Source: Leucoraja ocellata (lineage: Eukaryota). From it: a DNA stretch of 64,000 bases. Positions 62,111-64,000 of this stretch are shown piece by piece. The stretch spans positions 4,650,001-4,714,000 of the forward strand of contig JAWMAR010000185.1 of NCBI GenBank assembly GCA_036785375.1, written 5' to 3'. The notes under the pieces were generated by a model that was not told the origin of the DNA, did no database searches, and was given only the letters and a program-made list of their open reading frames with translations. Position 1 is the first letter of the stretch. The number at the start of each line of letters is the position of its first letter. The position numbers were made by a program, and so were the translations under genes.

Positions 62111-62736
62111 AATCTGTCTAACTGTTTCTTAAACGATGGGATAGTCCCAGCCTCAACTACCTCCTCTAGCAGTTTGTTCCATACACCCACCACCTTTTAT
62201 GTGAAACCCTAGGATGCACTCAAAAGCATTAATTTCCCATCTATTTTACTCTGTTGGAAAGTCTCCTATATTTATTATGGCAACATGACGGAATCAGTAA
62301 TTAAATATTGATCAAACCGCGACCATGAACCTGCATTTTATCACTGCACAGTACACCATTTAGCAGTCAAACATGCTTTTGCATGATATTTGCAAAACAA
62401 TGTGAAAGCAAAGATTCTGAGCTTTAATAAAGAAGTAACAATTCTCAATGTCACTATAAACACTCATGTTTTGCAGTACGAATAATTCAAAATCTGAAGT
62501 GACATGAGCCCTTACATGAATAAGCTCAGTTCATAGCTAGTCTAAAAATCTTTATAATATATTTTTTGACTATTTTCAGATAGGAGGCAGTATTCATGCT
62601 ATCAAATCTATTAACAGTATTGTATTATACAATGAGTATAGTATTTGTTAACAAGTGCTTAGAACAGGTGATTGATATATTTTTTTAAATGGCACTGGAT
62701 TTGAAAATAGATTTAGCATGTCATGTTTGTACTTAC

Positions 62737-62830
62737 GTTGTATAAGGTAATACATTGCTGCACATCCTCCTCCAGAAACTATCCCCAAATAGATTGCCAT
62801 CTGTTGTAAAGCATGTGTTGAAACTGGCAT
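62737..62830 (-). CDS. COA1: COA1 (cytochrome c oxidase assembly factor 1 / C7orf44), first coding exon; exon spans 62847-62737
   Basis: Minus-strand acceptor ttccttcttttag|TCTCTG, ATG at 62830, donor C|gtaagt. Encodes MPVSTHALQQMAIYLGIVSGGGCAAMYYLIQ, a TM segment ending in the COA1 YYLIQ motif. Confidence 0.9.
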
Positions 62831-64000
62831 TGTGAAAACTTCAGAGACTAAAAGAAGGAAAATAAGATTTTTATGAAGTGTGGTTTTAATATCACATACA
62901 TGTTAATTAACAGAGATACCATATTAAAAAAAACACACCTAGATATTTGACATAATAAATAAAACTCTGCACTTATACAGCCTATTGCAAATACAAAAGA
63001 AACAGCTGGTTAATCTTTCATTCTACATGTTACGTTAAAGTGGATTCTCCAAAGACCGTATGAAAAAGCATATATCTATCTATCTTTTGATAAAAAACAG
63101 CTATGCGATTCCAGCACTTTATTTTTACATTTTGAGTGCAGCAGCAGACTTTCTATGCTGCCATGAGTTTGGAGATAATAAGATGGTACATTCCCAGTCA
63201 TAACCAAAACTGGAATAAATCCATTCACTTTTAAAAAAACAGAGCATCCATTTTGTCTGTCAAAAATTATTTTAGCTGATTGTGGTGAAAATTCTGGTTA
63301 TGAATAGTTCAAACATGAAAAGGATACTGTGCGGGAGGGAGGGCCCAACATATGGTCACACATGTAATTTAAGCCTTTACTTTTCATTCAAGCAAAATGT
63401 ATATTTTAAGTGCCTCCTCCACCAAAACTGGTCAATCTCAAAAAGCTGTAAAAGAACATGCATTGTGAAAATGTAAAATGCTCCATTCTAACTCTCCGCT
63501 GTAATTAACGGAATACTAACTTGATTGGATGGATGTGCCTTCAGCTGCGACAGACTACAATTAACAGAATAGACTCAAGCCTATAATAGATTAACACTGA
63601 TCTCCCTTGTAAGGTGAACTCAAAAATAATACCGTATATTGGAATATATAATTTATTCTGTTTATTGTGTTCCTTTCTCTCTCCCTCTCATCCACTCGTT
63701 CCATCCTGCCCCATACCTCACCCCGTTGAGGTCATGTATTATACAATAGAATTGCTCAAATGATAACTTCTGTGTGAGGAACATATGTTAAGTTGCAAGA
63801 GAAGGACTTGGAGCTGAGGTTTTCAGAAACACATAGCCCATAAAGAAATAAAGAACACACACATAGGAGAACAGATGGCTTATTATAACATGGAGATGTT
63901 GATGTAAATAGGCATAGCTTTGTTTGCTTTGAAGCAGCTCTAACTCTGTCAGAAGTTGTATTTGGTTTAGTTTGGTGTTTAGAGTATAGGTTATTGATGG

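Overview
Eukaryotic (vertebrate) genomic DNA, AT-rich and dense in transposons. The repeat repertoire (CR1, Rex1-like, Penelope-like, tRNA-SINE, DeuSINE-like, DIRS) suggests a cartilaginous fish, probably a skate or ray; this is inference. Two convergent host genes can be rebuilt exon by exon with canonical GT-AG sites and consistent phases. STK17A/DRAK1 is on + (coding exons 2-7 at 4360-45579; exon 1 lies upstream of the window). COA1 is on - (four coding exons at 62830-51927, 136 aa). This is the same tail-to-tail pair as at human 7p13. The introns and intergenic region hold an unusually diverse set of elements with recognisable ends: an internally deleted L1, a DIRS1 tyrosine-recombinase retrotransposon with perfect terminal/ICR complementarity, young Rex1-like, Tx1-like and CR1 LINEs, a non-autonomous Helitron nested in an L1 3'UTR, a solo LTR in a DeuSINE-like SINE, Tc1, Tigger-like and hAT elements, a hAT-like element with an atypical 5-bp TSD, palindromic MITEs, and Penelope-derived termini with hammerhead-like cores. 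There is one 186-N gap. I found no convincing wholly new gene system. The best leads are mobile-element oddities and possible TE-driven RNA processing of the two genes. Coordinates of old repeat fragments are approximate, and family names come from motif recognition, not database searches.
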